Part shown: piece after piece, positions 59,335-64,000 of the stretch
Numbering within the stretch: position 1 is the first letter of the stretch
Layout: the number at the start of each line of letters is the position of its first letter
Virus record (IMG/VR): IMGVR_UViG_3300029922_000013
Coordinates: 64,001 to 128,000 of that record
From: a virus
Reading direction: 5' to 3' (one strand)
Length of the DNA: 64,000 bases
Notes under the pieces: model-generated
The model's database searches: none
What the model was told of the DNA's origin: nothing
Seen by the model: only the letters and a program-made list of their open reading frames with translations
Translations under genes and position numbers: made by a program

Positions 59335-61691
59335 TACCATTTACCACCAGATGGCCCAATCATGGGTGAGCTTTTGCCAGCAGATGAAGAATTGGCTTGA
59401 GGCTGAGATTTGCCCAGTTTAGCTGCCATGGCATTGTAGTCTTCGGCTTTCATTTTTCCTTCTTTAACGGCTGCTGCGGCGGCGCCCAACGTAAGTATAG
59501 ATACAGTAAGTTTGTCTACATCTGTGGCTGTTGGAACTAAATTTTTACCGAAAGATTCGAAATTTTGTATAAATTTTAATTGACCTGCCGCTATGGCAGC
59601 ATTCTCTTGATCCGCCAATTTGGGCGTTTTAGGTTCTTCTGGAGCTAGTGGGCGAGGGAAGAAACCCTTACCTTTTGGAGTAAGAGATGCACCAGCCGCA
59701 TTCATTTCCTGTGCTTTAGTTATTTCTGGAGCAGCGCCTGTACCGGTAGCCGTATACCACAAACCTGTTTGTCTGGCAGCAGATTCTATTTCGGCAGGAA
59801 TATCGGCTCCCAAACGTTTAGCCTCAGACATAGAGTTGTATCCGGCTTTTTCTAACCAGGATCTAACTGCCTTGGCATTCTCTTGTGTATGTCCCGTGAT
59901 ATCTGAACCGGCAGCAGTTGTGGAATCCTTCATTCCCATTATATCTTGTGCCGTGACTTGCTTGCCACCGCGCTTATTGAGCTGATACATGGCTTCCTGA
60001 ACAACTGGATGCTGTTCTGTTAAATCTGCTGGTGATATCTTTTTCAACTGCTCAAATAGCATGGCCCCTTCGTCGCCCATGCCCGCTAGGCGTCTGCCTA
60101 CAGGATTTCTCAACATCGCAGCTCTTTGCATTACGCTAAAAGGACCACCCTGCTGACTACCGAGTTTTTGATAAGCCTCATAAGCAGTCTTTGCGGCTTC
60201 CATACCTGCAGACGTATTTTCTACAAATCCTCTGCCGAATTGCTCGCTAATGCGAGAAACATCTCCTGGGGTTTTAGCACCACTTCTAGATACATATTCA
60301 CTAGTAGTTTGCGTAAAATCTCTTAATAAGTCAACTAAGTCGCTATCATTCAGACCTATCTTAAAAGCTTCTCCGATAATCTTGGCGGAAGCTTCTTTAG
60401 TCTCTTGTGCTCCACCCATAGTCTTACTAATATTGGCCAGCATCTGGGGAGCGTTAGTTAAATTATAATCTTTTTGCAACTGAAGCCCGTAACCCGATTC
60501 TCTGCCAACTCTAGCAGATCCACCAGCTCCCATTATAGCTTGCTGCATTTGAGTAACTTGCTCTTCAGTAAATTGAGTAGTTCCCCCATATGACATATTT
60601 CTTTGCAGGAAACCACTCTTACCCATAAAACCTTGATCAGAAAGGCCTAACCCTCTTTGAGCACCAAGATTTCTTTGATAATTATGAGCATTATACTCTG
60701 CAGCCGCTTTTTTAAGAGGGTCAGCATTCTCTTCGGCTTCTTGCGACCGTTTTACGAACTCGGCTAAATCCTGAGAGGAAAGCTTTTCATAAGATTCCGT
60801 ATCGCCGAGTGTCTTGGCTCTTTGTTTCGAATCGAGCAATTTCATGCCAATACCGCCAGCGGCTACTCCTAGGCCGCCTGCCACCAATCCTGCTGGAATC
60901 CCTACGCCAGTTGCACCTAAAAGTCCCGCAGCTCCCAAGCCGACTGCACCTGCCCCTACCAAAGCATTTCCAGCCCACTGTTGGGCGGTGTCGAAAGTTC
61001 TTTGGCCTTGCCAAGCCTTCCTAGCATTAGCCATTGCTGCCGCTCTTTCAGGCATAAAAGCTAAGTGATAAGGATCAGCGGCGGCTTTTAATTGATCGCC
61101 AACAAGCGCATTGTTGGAACTCCCCATAGCAGAAGCCGCATCTAATGGAAGCCTACTTATTCCAGCCACAGCAGCCCCAACACCAGTGATTATGGCAGCT
61201 ATCGCGGCTCCCATTTTAGGTATATCTGCCGCAGAATTTCTAATTTTTTTATTGGATTCTTCATCCATACTAGCAATTCTTGTTGTAATAGCAGCAGCTT
61301 TAGCCATTGTCTCCGTTATTTGTTCTTGTATCTTCAGCTTTTTTTCATCGTTGCCCAAAGCCTGCTTCGCTTCGTAACTCATCTCCTTTTCTTTTTGGAG
61401 AATCTTGTTTTTTTCATTCAAAAGTTCAGTATACTTGCCCTTAGTTAAATTGAGATCTTTAACCAAATCATCTCTATATTTCTTCTGAGATTGTTCGTAT
61501 TGCTGTTGAGAAGGGGCTCCAGGCATCGTACCTAGCCCATGCTGTTGCATTTTTTGCGATATTTGCCTAAGTTGGGTCATTTGCTGAGGACCAGAATACA
61601 TTTGATTCAGCTGTTCCTGCATTTTTTTGATAGTAGCATTGAACTGCTTATCGTCTAGATCAAGTGATATTTTGAGTTTTTTCTCAGCCAT
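59334..61691 (-). CDS. Tail tape measure protein
   Basis: MAEKKLKISLDLDDKQF N-terminus; helical and Ala/Gly-rich with hydrophobic segments; upstream of hub. Confidence 0.78.
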   Translation of the reverse strand: MAEKKLKISLDLDDKQFNATIKKMQEQLNQMYSGPQQMTQLRQISQKMQQHGLGTMPGAPSQQQYEQSQKKYRDDLVKDLNLTKGKYTELLNEKNKILQKEKEMSYEAKQALGNDEKKLKIQEQITETMAKAAAITTRIASMDEESNKKIRNSAADIPKMGAAIAAIITGVGAAVAGISRLPLDAASAMGSSNNALVGDQLKAAADPYHLAFMPERAAAMANARKAWQGQRTFDTAQQWAGNALVGAGAVGLGAAGLLGATGVGIPAGLVAGGLGVAAGGIGMKLLDSKQRAKTLGDTESYEKLSSQDLAEFVKRSQEAEENADPLKKAAAEYNAHNYQRNLGAQRGLGLSDQGFMGKSGFLQRNMSYGGTTQFTEEQVTQMQQAIMGAGGSARVGRESGYGLQLQKDYNLTNAPQMLANISKTMGGAQETKEASAKIIGEAFKIGLNDSDLVDLLRDFTQTTSEYVSRSGAKTPGDVSRISEQFGRGFVENTSAGMEAAKTAYEAYQKLGSQQGGPFSVMQRAAMLRNPVGRRLAGMGDEGAMLFEQLKKISPADLTEQHPVVQEAMYQLNKRGGKQVTAQDIMGMKDSTTAAGSDITGHTQENAKAVRSWLEKAGYNSMSEAKRLGADIPAEIESAARQTGLWYTATGTGAAPEITKAQEMNAAGASLTPKGKGFFPRPLAPEEPKTPKLADQENAAIAAGQLKFIQNFESFGKNLVPTATDVDKLTVSILTLGAAAAAVKEGKMKAEDYNAMAAKLGKSQPQANSSSAGKSSPMIGPSGGKW

Positions 61692-61743
61692 TTCAAGACC
61701 TTACGTTTAGTAAACAATTAATAAAAATAGGAACATCCTAGGT

Positions 61744-61751
61744 TAAAGATT
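61744..61751 (-). promoter_or_regulatory. AATCTTTA putative late promoter within an inverted repeat
   Basis: GGTTAAAG-ATTCCGA-CTTTAACC. Confidence 0.6.
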
Positions 61752-61985
61752 CCGACTTTAACCCTAGATATCCCTATTATATCATTAAACTAAATAAGTC
61801 TATAAAATCACGTATCTACAAACGAAACCAAATTCTAAGGGGGCCTCCCAGAGCTGCCACAAATCCTATGTAAAGAAAATATAAAGGGGCGAATTCCTGC
61901 TGGAACGCGAGCGCAAAGATAAGATAAAAAAAGCCTAAAAAGCTCAATATATAGTATAATGCTCCGAAATAGGCTCTTAAAAAAT

Positions 61986-62171
61986 TCATACACCCTCTTT
62001 TAGTCTACTCTCAAGTTTCTTTAATTGACCCCTAAACAGTAAATCCAGAGGAGAGTCATCGTTAGTAATATTTCTTTTCGTTAATTCTATCATGGCCATT
62101 ATATGAAGAGTTTCATTGGAAGGTTTTGGAGTTAGTTTCTTTTTAGACTTTTTGATTTTCTTTTTAGTCAT
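61986..62171 (-). CDS. Small basic hypothetical protein
   Basis: ORF following the PagL-like gene. Confidence 0.6.
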   Translation of the reverse strand: MTKKKIKKSKKKLTPKPSNETLHIMAMIELTKRNITNDDSPLDLLFRGQLKKLESRLKEGV

Positions 62172-62174
62172 ATC

Positions 62175-62663
62175 CTACCATTTCATACTTAGTTGCAACG
62201 TTAAAAAGTCTCTACCCACATTTTGATCAAATATACCGGCACTTGATGTGTGACTGTAATCCAACCCAATCCCATTTCCGTGCCTATCTCTAACACCAGC
62301 GTAAAAATCTGTACTGAATTGTGGAAATCTACCCCCAAGATAGCTGTCTGGGCTGGAGATAATAGTCAACCCAGAACCACTCCTAAGTTCTACTGGATGG
62401 AGATCGACTTCCAATCCAATTCCTGATGACGCGTAAAGACTACTACTTCTAGTTGGATCATTGCTTCCGTCTTTCCAGAAACCTATTTTGTTTTGCCAAT
62501 AAAGTCCATCCCACAAAAAATTTCTTAGTCCAAGTTCTGCCACTTTAGTTTCGGCGAAGAAAGTTGAAGCGCTAGGACCCATTCCTACGCCATAACCAAC
62601 GAATCCTTCGTCTGATTGGCATATAGTAGAAAACAATAGCAAAAGACATATAAATAACTTCAT
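62175..62663 (-). CDS. PagL-like (lipid A 3-O-deacylase / acyloxyacyl hydrolase) outer-membrane beta-barrel
   Basis: Signal peptide; amphipathic strands; QF...G...YSHTSSAGI...NVGRD; terminal aromatic W. Confidence 0.7.
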   Translation of the reverse strand: MKLFICLLLLFSTICQSDEGFVGYGVGMGPSASTFFAETKVAELGLRNFLWDGLYWQNKIGFWKDGSNDPTRSSSLYASSGIGLEVDLHPVELRSGSGLTIISSPDSYLGGRFPQFSTDFYAGVRDRHGNGIGLDYSHTSSAGIFDQNVGRDFLTLQLSMKW

Positions 62664-62666
62664 TTA

Positions 62667-62813
62667 TTACCGACGATTATAGTTATAGTTTGGCAATTCT
62701 TCACATTCGTATAAATCGTTACCAATGGCCACGCAATTCTTTGCTTTGATCTTTGTCACACTAGAACAAGCAACTACAAAAAGTAGTGCGATAAAAATAA
62801 TAACATTTTTCAT
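62667..62813 (-). CDS. Small lipoprotein
   Basis: MKNVIIFIALLFVVAC lipobox; two further Cys. Confidence 0.7.
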   Translation of the reverse strand: MKNVIIFIALLFVVACSSVTKIKAKNCVAIGNDLYECEELPNYNYNRR

Positions 62814-63187
62814 ATTTTTTCCTTTTCTATAACACCGTCTAAAATCCACTGATTGAAAAGCTCTTTTTTAACTCTTCTAGGTTGAGATCGGTGCATCCAT
62901 TGTCCCGATAATGTGTTGGTTACATATAAATCATTCGTTGCTTTACAAAAGACTTCTGCTTCACAAACATAGTACGTTACAGCGTCCAGTTGTATTCTGA
63001 GTCGATAACAATCATTACTGGGGACTGGAGTCAAAACAGATACTCCATTTCTATCTTTTAATGAATGGAGCACTTGTTCAAATCCTCTACCAATCACAAA
63101 ATGAAGCGGATTTCCGTAATAGATTTCTCCCTTTTTAGGGGGTACAAGCAACAATTTGATCTTATTTATCCACTTAAAAGACATCAA
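62810..63187 (-). CDS. Hypothetical protein
   Basis: Coupled ORF. Confidence 0.65.
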   Translation of the reverse strand: MMSFKWINKIKLLLVPPKKGEIYYGNPLHFVIGRGFEQVLHSLKDRNGVSVLTPVPSNDCYRLRIQLDAVTYYVCEAEVFCKATNDLYVTNTLSGQWMHRSQPRRVKKELFNQWILDGVIEKEKI

Positions 63188-63522
63188 ATCACCGTATTGG
63201 TGTAGGCATCCACAATAGATTGGCGAAGTTTGTTGAGTGAGCTAAGGTCACCAGCATCAAGCCCTTCGGTGAGCTTATTCAAAGCCCTGGCTACTGCATA
63301 GGTTGTAACAGAACCATTATCCTTATTCAGGATAAGACCACCTCCGCGCCCACGCCTCACATTCACAAGTCCTGCAAGACGCAGTTTACGTGTGATCTGT
63401 TGAAGAAAATGAAAGGAAACGTTTAGCTTCCTAGAAATCTCTACAACTGTCACTGGATTTTCCTTGTCCTTAAGATAACTTACTGTTTCTACTGCAATTT
63501 CCAAATCTCGTCCCAATTTCAT
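63184..63522 (-). CDS. Rrf2-family transcription regulator, Cys-less
   Basis: EISRKLNVSFHFLQQITRKLRLAGLVNVRRGRGGG. Confidence 0.88.
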   Translation of the reverse strand: MKLGRDLEIAVETVSYLKDKENPVTVVEISRKLNVSFHFLQQITRKLRLAGLVNVRRGRGGGLILNKDNGSVTTYAVARALNKLTEGLDAGDLSSLNKLRQSIVDAYTNTVI

Positions 63523-63554
63523 ACTATTCTCCTTTGTTTAATTACCTATCTCAC

Positions 63555-63583
63555 ACTCTACTTGGTCTTTTTCAAGATGTCAA
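63555..63583 (-). promoter_or_regulatory. sigma70-type promoter for the Rrf2-lipoprotein-PagL operon
   Basis: TTGACA-N17-TAGAGT, then AAGGAG SD. Confidence 0.7.
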
Positions 63584-63965
63584 GGGATTTCTTTACATCT
63601 GATTCGGTTAGTCCAATAAAAGAATTCGTTTGAACTAGATGATCTAGCACTTTATCCATATCTGCCTTGTTGTCTAGGATAACGAAAGCTTCTGGCTTAT
63701 GGTCCTTGATCCATCTTTCGATGTGATGCCCTCTGTTGTTTCTTTTTGCTCCATCTGTGGTGTCAACGACTCGTTCTGAATCTACACCCTGTTTTTCCAA
63801 CATCCCTTTGCAGAATTTCAAACCTCTATGGCGCCAACTAGAGGAAACGACGATCTTAAGATCAGGTTCCTTCTTAAGAAGCCTATTTAGATTCTTTATA
63901 GCAGATGGAGAAAACTTGTCTCCGATTCGTAGGACACCGTCAAAATCACAGAAGCATATTTTCAT
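63558..63965 (-). CDS. HAD-domain protein (Swiss-Army-Knife RNA repair-like)
   Basis: FCDFDGVL, IVVSSSWR, FVILDN, GLT. Confidence 0.85.
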   Translation of the reverse strand: MKICFCDFDGVLRIGDKFSPSAIKNLNRLLKKEPDLKIVVSSSWRHRGLKFCKGMLEKQGVDSERVVDTTDGAKRNNRGHHIERWIKDHKPEAFVILDNKADMDKVLDHLVQTNSFIGLTESDVKKSLDILKKTK

Positions 63966-64000
63966 ATCGCATCTCCAGGGTAAGTGTCGGGTTTTCCCAA

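Noticed and set aside
27976-61377. Many short + strand ORFs antisense to structural genes (and - strand ORFs in the left arm)
   Set aside because: Shadow ORFs arising from biased codon usage; fully nested, with no recognisable motifs.
1-64000. Stop-codon recoding, CRISPR array, DGR or integrase
   Set aside because: Coding density is high under code 11 with TAG and TGA used as real stops; no repeat-spacer array, reverse transcriptase, TR/VR pair or integrase-type recombinase seen.

Overview
A 64-kb internal segment of a large, probably lytic, contractile-tailed (myovirus-type) dsDNA phage of a Gram-negative host, using the standard genetic code. The + strand (1-27.6 kb) is a replication, recombination and transcription arm. 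It encodes an SF2 helicase, a sigma70-like factor truncated before region 4.2, SbcD and SbcC, a RuvC-like resolvase, a DEDDh exonuclease, DnaE, a gp32-like SSB, UvsY-like and RecA proteins, a DnaB-like helicase and an AEP/RepB primase. Accessory genes there include a signal-peptide ClpP, a secreted subtilase, a CYTH protein and a HExxH peptidase. The - strand (27.7-61.7 kb) is a tail module with six fibre-type proteins, a tube-like protein, a wedge, a 1907-aa baseplate J, a gp25-like protein, spike, hub and tape measure, interrupted by three + strand islands. The right end carries a PagL-like outer-membrane barrel, a lipoprotein, an Rrf2 regulator and a HAD protein. Four signals stand out. (1) Three promoter-like motif classes occur: host TTGAC-N16-18-TAnnnT, TGATATA, and an AATCTTTA octamer before structural genes, which fits a phage sigma that cannot read -35. 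(2) Several envelope-targeted enzymes are dispersed through the window, including the PagL-like protein. (3) Structured, partly tRNA-like intergenic RNAs lie at operon ends. (4) The fibre proteins show modular domain shuffling. No CRISPR array, integrase, intact tRNA or rRNA was found. All protein calls come from motif recognition by eye; no searches were run.
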